Part shown: positions 1 to 11,155 of the stretch, in pieces
Layout: each line of letters starts with the position of its first letter
How positions within the stretch are numbered: the first letter of the stretch is position 1
From: Antedon mediterranea
Taxonomy: Eukaryota; Animalia; Echinodermata
Direction of reading: 5' to 3'
DNA length: 64,000 nucleotides
Assembly: GCF_964355755.1 (NCBI RefSeq)
Contig: NC_092679.1
Span: 4,184,201-4,248,200, forward strand
Translations under genes and position numbers: made by a program
The notes under the pieces: generated by a model
The model's input: only the letters and a program-made list of their open reading frames with translations
What the model was told of the DNA's origin: nothing
Database searches by the model: none

Positions 1-2172
1 AAGCAATTTCCTGGTGTATAGGCCTAATATAGTATATTAAATTCGGTCAATTGAAGCGATGTGCTTCCGTCCGTAGACTTTCAGTTTGTTGAAGTCTAAT
101 GGTCGTCTGTTGTCCCATTGAAAACATTGAAAATAATATTAATTTTTTTTGTTTTTGTTGAATATGCCATTTCAATTTCACAGAAAACAGTTGACAATTT
201 GATCGAAACATATGTAACTTTTTTATAAACCGGTGCACAAAAAACATTTCTGTTTATCATACATTCCTATAATTATCGAGCCATTAACACACAAACATAC
301 AGGGGTGAAAACATAACCTCCTTGGCGGAGGTAATAACTAGAATTTAATTCGTTACTTTGACGAATTATAGGTGCTCATTTTTATAATTTTATTGACATT
401 CATATTTTGCACGTATGTTAACATACAATCGGAAAATGTTGATGCCATCCTATTATACGCTTAGTGTTGAGTTGTGCCTATATATGCCATATACATTATG
501 TACAGTATATACTGTATACGGTATCTATATACAGTGTAGCACCTACTTTTTAACTCCAACTGGCCATATGATAACGTCACAGTATCTGATAGGCTTAATT
601 TTTATATGAATACATATCTACATTGCACCAGCTCTCATAATAAGTTATAAACATCAAGGTCAACTTTAATTCAGAAGAGCTGTAAGGTATTCAAATTTAC
701 CTTGTAAGTGAAATTACGTAACCACCGTTATTTAAATTTTAAGACGTGATGACGTTATCCAAATGAAAATCTTGGCAACTCATAAGTAACATAATTGGTT
801 GAGGTAGAATATATTAAAAATTAAAAGAAAATTGATCACAGATAAGCGAGTTGCGCTCTGTTGAATATGGTGGTCTATGACAAAAGGGGAAAAAACCCTA
901 TTTTAAAAATTCATGTGGCCAAATGATGACGTCATACCATTTTGTACGTCTAATGTGTATATACATTTATATCATGGAGGAAAAACCCTCCATGTTTATA
1001 TCTACAACTCATTGGCTTCCATAATAAGTTAAAAAAATTGGGGTCACCTTCCATTCTGAAGAGTTATATTCATTTTAAAAAGGCTTTATTTTTTACCATT
1101 TTTATCACTTTTGTACAATTAATGTGCGCATTTTGTCTTTTTTTTAACGTGCTCGTATAGCACTATTTTAAGTCGAAATGGACTCAAATTTGGTGACTGT
1201 ACCAAGGAAGATGAGTAGAATGCAATTTGTACAAAAAAATGTATTTTTTACGCTTTTTATGTACGCACGCGCAAAAACGTGTTTTTGCGCAGTAATTTTT
1301 TAAAACATGCAAATGCTCTAAATTTTATTTGCTAGTATTTTGACCTTGACCTGAAGTTTACCTGTAGTGAATTTCATTAATATGTGATAGGCCTAATGAA
1401 TTATGGATTTCAGGATTAAAGTGATGAGTTACGTCATTTACTCAGAACTTGCAAAGTTGGGTGAGAAGAAAAGGGCATTGCAGGAAAGGAGTGGTTCTTT
1501 CAAACCCTCGTCCGCTGGCTCCCTGGTAAGATGTTGAAAGGACATTACAAAATATCCAAAATATTGTCTTACAACATCAAGTGTTCGAATGGAGCATACA
1601 CCACGTGATAAAAATGGGAATTCCCCGTCGACGATCCAGGAAAAATAAACATAACCTTTGACATAGAGCCTGAATGAATGAATGAGCACCATGTATGTAT
1701 TTCTTTGTTTGGTTTTTGTACCGATTTAATATTCTTTCCTAAACTAAATTTTCGAGGTGATTGCTTTGAATACTGTACACTCGTGATTGATCCTGTTCGA
1801 TAGAATTTGAGCCTCTCTGTCGGGACAATTCCGTGACAAAGAAAGAGCAAGGCTTTCTGAAGCACCAACAGCTCCCTAACTAAAAGATAGGCTAGGTCTT
1901 AATAATCGACCGTCATCATTTGGCCTGCACCATTTGGCCTACATCATCGGGCCTAGCCTAGTAGACAATTTTAGGCCTACTTACTAGGTAATTTTGTACC
2001 CGAATTTGCAATAAACATTTTTTATGTCGTTTTTTAAATTAGAGTTACACAAAAGTGTAAGATTTTCGCTAATTTTTTTTTTTTTAATGCCCTCTTAATT
2101 AAAGTGTACTCTTAGTTATTGTTTTTTTACAGTATGCACAGTGTCAAGACTAGAGAAATTTATAATGAAGGG

Positions 2173-4917
2173 ATGGTGTCCAGATATTATATTATTTGTT
2201 ATGCAGTCATGCTATTAGTGGTCGTGTCTGCAAAAAAAATAAAAACTGAAGAAGAAGGTAAGAGATTCGTTCTTGTTTCTGTAGACTGTAGTACTAGTAG
2301 ACAATTGGTTCAGGGAGTAATTTCTTACTTTGTACTACTAGTTTTTTTATTTATTTGTTTAATTAAACTTTAGCAGGGTAACCCTAAACAGCATATTCTG
2401 ACAATCAAGGGGCCCTCATATAACATATAAAAAACATACATGAAAAAAATATGAACTATATGAAAAAAAAAAAACTACTATGCTCTGTTACTGCTAAATT
2501 GTCCGGATTTGATCTTTAAATTTAGAGAACATAGAGTTAAATCCTTTAGTCAAAATGCTAAGATTTAAGTTTGTGAAAGGGCAGGGTTGAATCCATCAAA
2601 TATTCTCTATCCTTCCCTGGCCACACCCTCACAACTTTAATCTGATATTTTAAATTAAGTGACACCTAATTTATTTAATTCTGAATGTTATATATTTGTT
2701 ACGTTCTTAATATTTTTTATTTGAAATAAAGGATGATTTTATTACTATTATTGATACTTAATATTATTATCCTACTGCCCAAATGTTTATATACAAATTA
2801 GAGATTACGTTAAAATGAAAATATTTCATGTTTGTGTGCTAACATAGGTGGTTATAATACTACAGATTTATTACAATTACATCCAGTGATAACATCCCCA
2901 GCTGTAAGTGGACCATATGAAATGGTTATAGGAGAAACTCTGCATTTATCTTGCAACGTCAACAAAAAAGTAGACTATGTAAGTTGATATTGTGTTGGTT
3001 TGGTAAACATTGACAAAGAGTGAAAAAAAGGATAGAATAGTTGTAAGAAATGATGAGAAAGATAAAACACAAAACATTGCATACAGATGAGTAACATTTT
3101 TTTCGCTGAGGCCCAACAACAAAATTTGATCAAATGAAAAAGATGGGCTTATATTTGGATACGGACCTAAGCCTTATCATACCAGGGTGGGACAATTTTA
3201 AATATTGTGTTTAAAATTTACCATTGACTTAAATTCAATTTAAAGTTATTTTTGTTTTCCAGAATTTTCAGGGCCACCGGCCAATATTCATGTGGTGGTG
3301 TAATTCAACTGCAAAGCCTTGTCATAATAGTAGCGCGCCATTATTATGTAACATTTGTATTAATGTAACCAAAAGTGGCAATGAGGCTAACACATCCAGT
3401 ACTGAATTGACTATTGAACATGTCACCAAGGCCAACACCAGTACATATACCTGCATTGCATTTACTGATGATGATGACTATAGTGCCAGCCCAGTAAATA
3501 TCAGTATTCAGGTCATAGTTCACGGTATGTGCTTTTGAATAAATATGGCAACATACTGTCTCATTTGTACATGCTTACAACAAACAGCTAACACTAACAG
3601 ATAAAGAGTACAGCTAATGAAAAACATCTCAAGTGTACAGCTAACAATAAACAGCTAAAGAGTACATCTAACAGCTAACAACAAACAGCTAAAGTGTACA
3701 GCTAACAATAAACAGCTAAAGAGTACATCTAACAGCTAACGACAAACAGCTAAAGTGTACAGCTAACAATAAACAGCTAAAGAGTACAGCTAACAACATA
3801 CAGAAAGTGTACAACAATAAATAAAATAGTACAGCTAATAACATACAACTAACAAAAACAGCTGTATTATTATTATTCATTATACAACTTTTACAATTTT
3901 AGATCTAAAAATCGATAAACTATTCAAAAAATAAACTTCTCGAACAACAATTTTCTATATTAAACTTAATAATTGATGTTTTACAGAAAAAGTTAAACCA
4001 AAGTTGACAGTTACACAGAGTGTGATTAAAACTATAGGAAGATTTGTTGAACTTGTTTGCATCGATAGTGTGGGCTACCCAACTACTAGTATTTCATGGT
4101 ATAAGGATAGTCATTTTGTACATAGTGGTAGGCTTCTGCGATTAGACAATGTTAGCCACCATGATGCGGGAGTATATCATTGTTCCGCAGTGAATCGTTT
4201 CAATCGAGTGAATTCATCTGTTATTCTCAAGGTTCAGGACGATAGTAAGATGAAATGAAAGGCTTGTACCCTTTTCACATGTGCCTTGAGAAATCTTGGG
4301 AGATAAAGCTTAGTTGCGCGCTATTTGATTACTATGACTGGTCAGTTTAATACCAGGGCAATACATGCGCGCAGTAAGAACTCGGGACATCTCGGAACAA
4401 AAAAACATCCTCTCATCAGTGTGTTTTTTTTTCTCCAAAATTGTCTTAACAGTATGCAAACATTTTTACAACTTTGCTTTTTGCAGGTGTGAAAAGGGTA
4501 TAAAACCTCTATTAGTTTCCAATACTTTTTTTCACATTAATGTGAATTCAAATCTACACATTGAAAAATAACCCATACTTTCTGAATGAGGTTTAAATAT
4601 GAGCTAAAGGGTTTTGACTTGTTTTAACTGTGAGAAAATCCTAGTACTGGGTACGAGGATTGAACCAATTTCTGTGGTTTTTTTTTATAATGATATTTAT
4701 TTTTATTTTCATAGTGATATTTATTTATTTTTATAGTAATGACATCTTTTTCTTTATCCTGTTTATTACATAAATGGATACTTTTGTAAACTTCGTCTTA
4801 TTTTGAATAGTTTCAGAATCATTCACTAAATATAATGTGATTGTAGGCTGTCCAGCAGCACTATTTGCAATTATTGGTAAGCTTTGTTGTTATTTTTGCC
4901 TTCATAGCCGTCCATAG
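2173..4917 (+). CDS. Two-Ig-domain cell-surface protein, paralog A (signal peptide, Ig1, Ig2, hydrophobic C-terminal segment)
   Basis: GT-AG exons at about 2173-2257 (MVSRYYIICYAVMLLVVVSA signal peptide), 2866-2978 (GETLHLSCNV), 3263-3524 (FMWWCN...STYTCIA), 3987-4244 (VELVC..VGYPTTSISWYK..DAGVYHCSAVN) and 4811-~4917 (NVIVGCPAALFAII). Phases are compatible. The 3' end is uncertain because there is a possible donor at 4877. Confidence 0.8.
3583..3862. repeat. Degenerate tandem repeat of ACAGCTAA/GTACAGCTAACAA units in an intron
   Basis: Repeated acagctaac/aaacagctaaagagtac motifs. Confidence 0.8.
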
Positions 4918-5866
4918 CTTTTTTGTGTTGCTGTTTAACATTGTGAGGTTTTTGTACAATAATGCGTTAGGCTGGTTAAAAACTAGGCAACCTGTAGTAT
5001 CCTTAAGTTGTGCATGCTTCATTTACTCTCTATTCTTAATTCTGGCCCCGAAACCTTGACTCAGAAATACCGGGATGGTGTCCGGCGGGGGATAGTTTTA
5101 CCATAGTTAAGCTTAGTTACATTTTTTTTTCACATTATTGATTGTCTCCATCCCCGAAACCTCGACTAAGAAATACCGGAATGGTGTCCGGCGGGGGATA
5201 GTTTATTACCATTAGTTAAAGTCTAATGTAAAGCGGGGTCAGTGATCCATTAGGCGCTATATAAATACTGTTTATTATTGTTATTATTATTATTTATAGA
5301 ATAAAAAAAAGCGCCCTTTAGTCAGTTATAATTATATTCAAGAGGACAGAAGCATTAGGAAAGTATCACGAGGAAGCTTATAGTTACTAAGGCTGAAAAA
5401 TGAATAAAAAATAAAAATAAACAAAACTAATTGATAATAGATCATTATTTCTTAATTATTAAATAGAATATCAATTTAAAAAAAGTATCATTTAATGAAG
5501 AAAGAACAGTAATTAAAACTATTGATTGGTGTTTTTTTTGTAAGAAATATTTCTTGTTTATTATGAAACAGGTATTTCTGTTTGGATTTACATACGAAAG
5601 GTTCAGGAGAAACGTAATTGCAGATGCATGTCCAACCCAAGCCAGGCAGAAAATGAAAATCTGATTAATTAAGAGCAAGATTTGTCCCTAACAATTACCA
5701 ACAAAGTTCCAGTTATTTGTGTTGTCTTTAATCAAAGGTAGGTCTTATCTAGGCCTATTACAAAACAAAAGTGTGTGACATTATATTGAAAGCTCTGTCC
5801 ACACTATCAAAGTAGTTCGACCAAAAATGTGGATGCCATTAAATTGAAATATACTGTACTAACTAA

Positions 5867-6009
5867 AGCTCTGTCCACACTATCAACTAGTTTGACAACA
5901 AAATGTGGGATGTGACCAAATATGGTATTGATATGATGTCATCATGTCCATATATGGGCACATCACATTTGTTTTTGTCACATAAAGTTTGATAGTGTAG
6001 ACAGAGCTT
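5867..6009. mobile_element. MITE family 1 (TIR AGCTCTGTCTACACTATCAAAC), PIF/Harbinger-like. Further copies at about 14405-14496, 22026-22155, 24372-24500, 32627-32772, 36580-36720, 37975-38122, 42604-42740, 48058-48198, 52369-52505 and 61540-62048
   Basis: About 140-bp palindromic element with a shared core GTGATGTGCCCATATATGGACATGATGATGTC. Flanked by TAA/TTA, e.g. taa-agctctg...cagagct-taa at 5864 and 48055. Confidence 0.85.
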
Positions 6010-7553
6010 AAGTTAGAGTGGTAATTGAGTTCTGTTGGCTCATTTCTGATCAACTTGGTAAAACATGGTATAAACATAAACAGTGGTTATTTTTGAAAAC
6101 ATTTATTTTTTTTCAATTACAATTAATTACAATTGCATTATTGCAACAAAAAAAGTTGACCTGGTCAGTCACGCTTGTGCTTTTTAATTATAAAACTAAT
6201 TTATGCAGCTTTTTTGAAAATTAGGAAATTATGCAAATAAAAAGAATGCAGGTTAATTTATCAATAATTTTGATATAATACTGCGTATATATTTATATAT
6301 TATTTATAGTTTTTATATTATATAAATTTCATATATACGTCATGAAACACCGTGGGAAAAAATCTATACTGTTTATAGGTACAATTTTTTTTTGTCACAA
6401 AAACTTCTTTTTTACAATTTTAATGACTTTATGTTAGTTAGTTTTCTACAGATGAAATTGTATAAAAAAAAATTTTTTTTAGGCTGATTTTACTTAAATT
6501 TGTTTGTATAGTTGCGTGACAATGTTTAATGTGTCATGACAAATATGTACAGTACTACTACCTATTCAAAAAATAAATTCTCTTTTAATTAAATACAAAT
6601 ATACAATTTAATGAAGAAATATGCACTCTGAACATTTAATATAGTAAGTACAGCCTCATATTTTGATCTGAGTGGAGTCACTAAAACTTTGATTTCCACT
6701 TGGATGCAACGACATTGGCACAAAGTGAGGTGACCAATCACAAGCGACAGTTCAGATGGTCCATCACGTCGTGATTGGTCAAATTATTGACGCCCTCTTA
6801 TTTCCCACTGATTGCATCCAAATGGGAACCAATCATTAGTGTCCATTCCTTTTAGTTGGTTTAAAGTTTATTTTAAGATTTTTCATTCAGCCTTGTTGAA
6901 GATATGTAAATATTATAAAAGTGTATATGAATACAAAAATGTCGACTTTCATAAATAAATTGCGTTTATTTCAATTTTTTTTCTAGGAGTAATACTAAAA
7001 TCTACATTGGTTTCACCCCCCCCCCCCATGTACATACTCCGCGATACGCTGTGTTTGTTAAGGGGCATACAACCGATTGTGTCGCAGCCACAGATAAATC
7101 CTTTAATCTCTGAAACTCTCCATTCTGTTGTTAGATTGCCTTGGTTGAACACTGAAATTGATCTAAATTGAACTAAATCTAGGAAGCAAAAAGCATGCTT
7201 GGTAATTTACACTAGTGGCTATATCTTATAATATCTAACATTATATAAATAATATAATATTTATAATAATAATAATAGTGTATAAACATTAATATCATTA
7301 GTTTTTCTACTTTAACGCAGGAACTCTGATTTGCTTTGAAACAAATCCTAAACCCTAACATCCTCCTAAATATAGGAATACAGTATATTTTGTTGGTTAA
7401 AACACAACCATATTATTACAACACTTACATTCATCAACGAATGTGTTATCGTTATATTCTCAATGATACATACAAAAATACATACAAAAATACATAATAT
7501 TTTGTATTTTTTACGGTTTGTATGTTTGATGTCTTTAATAAATAAATTCTCTT

Positions 7554-8083
7554 CTTAAAGATGTATTGACAAATTTAAAAAAAAAATAAAAATTCCGAAA
7601 AAAGTGGATCATTTTGAAGTATTATAATAGTTATTAACTTTCACCAAAAATTAGTCTAAAAAAAAAATCATTTAACTGAAATACAGATGTTTTTTTGTTC
7701 AAAAAATAACTTTGACTTCCAGTCAAAGTTTTCGATCAAAACATGTCCCATAATGGAACGCGGTTGTTTGTCTACTCTGTATGCATAATCATAAAACTTC
7801 CTCGCGATCTGTGTGAAAACACCTTCTTAACAGTGATGAGTTGTACACAATCCAAATTAGCATATGCATAATGCATACTCGTGGTTTGAAATCTTTGTTT
7901 ACTTTAGCTCGCGACGATTTTTCAGACGAAATGTAATAAAACTAATTTACCTGTTAATTACGTAAACTTGTTGTTTTTGGCTCGAATTTTGAATAACTTT
8001 AATATTACTTTGATATTGCCAATTTAAATTTAGAATATTTTGACCTTCATTTTTTTGTGTTCCAAGAGACAATACATCTTTAA
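7554..8083. mobile_element. Non-autonomous DNA element with TTAA flanks (Kolobok/piggyBac-like); related shorter copy at 10021-10267
   Basis: ttaaagatgtattg...caatacatctttaa terminal inverted repeats. Confidence 0.6.
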
Positions 8084-8091
8084 ATAATTTG

Positions 8092-8114
8092 AAATAAATA
8101 AATAAATATAAATA
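8092..8114 (-). promoter_or_regulatory. Candidate AU-rich element (overlapping AUUUA) in the 3'UTR of the IL-1-like gene
   Basis: The minus strand reads UAUUUAUAUUUAUUUAUUUAUUU about 70 nt after the stop codon. The AT-rich background lowers specificity. Confidence 0.4.
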
Positions 8115-8180
8115 TGTATTTTTATATAGAGAATGTAATTAGAAATACAGAATTCAATTATATTGAATTATAGGACTTTT

Positions 8181-10927
8181 TTATCTGTCACTTGGCCCTT
8201 CATCTGTCATAAACATTAGCGCCATTGGATTTGTTAGTGAAGGGTAACGGTCTGACCGGAGGTACATTGCGTAATTGTCGGGTGACCTTGCGAGATAAAA
8301 TGGTGTCCTTGCGTACTCTTTGTTGAATTGTTGATTGATCATGAACAAGAAGGAAGATGAACCCCACGATACGGGTTGTATACAGAAGAATGCTGAAAGT
8401 CCTTCCTGAAAATAGAATAAAATGAATTATAGTATAATGCACTGTTATTAATATTTGTTCCCAAAAGGTTTCCAATTTGTGAAATGTCAATTGTACATTA
8501 TAATACATACACTGCATTGTTTTGTTTAGTTCGTACTACCTTGTTTCCACTTCGGTTTTGTTTGAATAAAAAAAGTTGATGGATGTTTTGAATGATCATT
8601 TGTTTGATTGATTGATCATTTATTTTTATCGATTGATTGATTAAATTGGTTCAGGTTTGCTTGCTTGTGTTATGCCACAAATCCTGGAGATTGGTTCTCA
8701 CTAGCACGCAAGGCAAGGGCGTAAGCACAACCAATCATCCATCGCGTCGGGATAGGTCAATTTACTTTCGTTGCGCTTATGTACGTGCGTTGCGCTTACG
8801 TACGTGTGTTGCACTTACGTACGTGCGTTGCGCCGTGCGTTGTGTTCAAGTGGAATATAACAAATAATCACAAATTCAGACTTACTATTTCGTTAACTTT
8901 TATTTTATCTGTGTTAACGGCCAAAAGAATGACCTTGTCGTCTTTCTGGTAGATACATAGCTGATATGGAAAACTGTATTTGTCTGATTTTGTAGGATCA
9001 TGCATCATCAGCTGTACCTGATTGTTGCGCGTCTGACTAATCTTTCTAAATTGTATTTCAGCTGTAATAAAGTATAATTTAAAATGAATATGAAAAAATG
9101 TCATTAGCTGAAAGGTTAAATACGTAATGTTTTTTAGATAAGTTACTTTTATACGAACTCTGGAAATTTCTTGGGGAAAACCAGATGAATGCGTTTCTAT
9201 CAATCAATAGGGGCGTTTTCAAATTATTGTTTTGCAGAAGTAGGTTACAGCTGAGCTCGCCATGTCAAGATAGGAACTCGTAACAGCCCTTTGATCTTAT
9301 GTCTGGCTGCGACAAATACAGTGCAATCGTACTGCACTGTACTATGTATATTCTCCGCGGTGTCTGTTAAAGGAGCGTGGAACTGATCGTGTCGCAGCCA
9401 CAGATAAACCCTTTGATTGCCGGAGCTCAGCATCCTGATTTTTGATTGCCTTTGTTAGTTTCTGCTCAAAATATTAAAACAGTACTTACATGCTAGGCTC
9501 TTGTTTTTATCATAAGCGTATCCTTTAAAATCAACACTGTAGCCTTTCAAATTTGATGGCAGGCCTACTGCCGCCTTCTTTGTTATCTGCAGTGCATTTC
9601 TTCCCATATTTTGCTGATTTGACCAAGGCAAAAAATGCACAATGTCCCTGTCTGCGGGATACTAAAATTTGAAATAATAATTAGAATGCATATTATTTTA
9701 GGCCCCTATGTTAAAATGGCGACCATCTTGGATTTCAACATGGTTGCTAAACGAAAATATTTACTTTAATAGCAATATATTTGGAATCTAAGTAGGCCTA
9801 TAAATATAGACACCATTTTTAACCTGCTATGTTACTCTATAACCCATCTTGGATTTTAACATAGCGGCTGAAATAGTATTTATAACTTTAATAACAATTT
9901 ATAACATATTATTTGGAATCCTCAGTATCACAAACGTATAGGTATAGATACCATTTTTAACCATGCTATGTTACCACAAAACGATTCAAAGTAGTTGTTT
10001 TAACGAACACTATTTTCCAGTTAAAGATATATTGTCCCTCTTAAAAAACTGTTTTAAATTTTTGTTGAATACCGGTATGCCAAATAATAGTTATTCACTT
10101 TGACCAGAAATTGGATCGAAAAAAAGTCAAATTGGCTGCCAGCCAATGAGTTTTTGATTTATTTTATCAAATTCAAAAATGTCCACTTAATAAGTCAAAA
10201 CATTATTTTCAGATAAAACCACAAAAAGTCTTGATTTTTCATGTTTTGGTGGACAATACATATTTAATACAATTGTCCCCGTTCGATTTTTTTTCTTTAA
10301 AGAACCGGAAGTTTGGGTGCGGTCCCGCCGTCACATGAACAATGATTTATTTACAGCACCCGGCCACTCGGGGAATTTCCCCAAAACTAGCAAGTATGAT
10401 TTGAATACATATTCGAACAATTAATTATGGTTAATGGTAGGCCCACTTAATCAATCATTGCCTCTTAGTTTAAATTTCTTAATGTACGTTATCTACTTTT
10501 GTTTCGGCTGAACTTGTACTAAAGATTCGTACGATGATTGTATTAAATGTAATCTAGGGCTCTACCGGTATTTGACCCGCATCCACAATAATTTGAAAAC
10601 TAATTGAAAGTGCTATCAATTAAGTATGGTATAAAACATCAGGATTGGTTTCCACTTAGACGCAACGCAATGACGTAAGCGCGCCGCAAGTACTATTTGA
10701 CCAATCACGCCCTACGTGTTTGCGCTACGTTCAAATGGGAACCAAGCTTTAAGTATATTCGTGGTTAAGAAACTTACCCTAAGTTCGATTTCGGCGGGAG
10801 GGATGGGATACATGCTATCGACTTGATCATCTCCTCTCAAAACTTCATTGTTATTGTATCCTCCAGCTGGTTGCAATTTCTCTGAATCTGATAGATATTT
10901 CTGTTCTTCTGTCATTATAGGCGGCAT
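8181..10927 (-). CDS. Leaderless 240-aa protein, putative IL-1-family-like beta-trefoil cytokine
   Basis: Four exons: 10927-10778, 9661-9490, 9061-8886, 8405-8181 (150+172+176+225 nt). Canonical GT-AG sites, phases 0/1/0, continuous ORF. The gene model is well supported; the family assignment is inference from strand pattern and intron positions. Confidence 0.7.
9250..9455. repeat. Interspersed repeat; copies at about 52005-52205 and a partial copy at about 7045-7150
   Basis: Shared ctgagctcgcc..aagataggaact..tttgatcttatgtctggctgcgacaaat..gtcgcagccacagata with an internal inverted repeat. Confidence 0.75.
10371..10380 (+). promoter_or_regulatory. Perfect NF-kB site in intron 1 of the IL-1-like gene
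   Basis: GGGAATTTCC within GGGGAATTTCCCC; matches GGGRNWYYCC. Confidence 0.55.
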
Positions 10928-11019
10928 TATAGTTTTGCTGTAACTAATACGTTTTGCGTATAATATGAATAGTATGTTTTGCTGCTTAGGCTTTACTGAT
11001 GATAGAAAAATTCGTCGAG

Positions 11020-11155
11020 TCTATATAAATTGTACTTTGATCGTTAATCCTGATAAGATGATTGGTTGACTTGCGTTATTGCGTCACTCGCCGATACTTA
11101 TGAACTGAAATATGAAAATGAAACACTTCACTGTAACATATTTAGGGATTTTTCA
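11020..11155 (-). promoter_or_regulatory. Candidate proximal promoter of the IL-1-like gene (TATA-like, CCAAT, C/EBP-ATF-like TTGCGTCA, IRF-type GAAAATGAAAC, Rel-type GGGATTTTTC)
   Basis: Motifs at about 11022, 11060, 11079, 11114 and 11145, within 230 bp upstream of the ATG at 10927. Confidence 0.45.

Noticed and set aside
1438-1868. Overlapping minus-strand ORFs of 84 and 99 aa
   Set aside because: No recognisable domain and no consistent exon partners; the region more likely belongs to the upstream region of Ig paralog A
8200-8517. 105-aa ORF in the supplied track
   Set aside because: Wrong frame; splice phase requires the frame EGLSAFF...PSDR* for this exon
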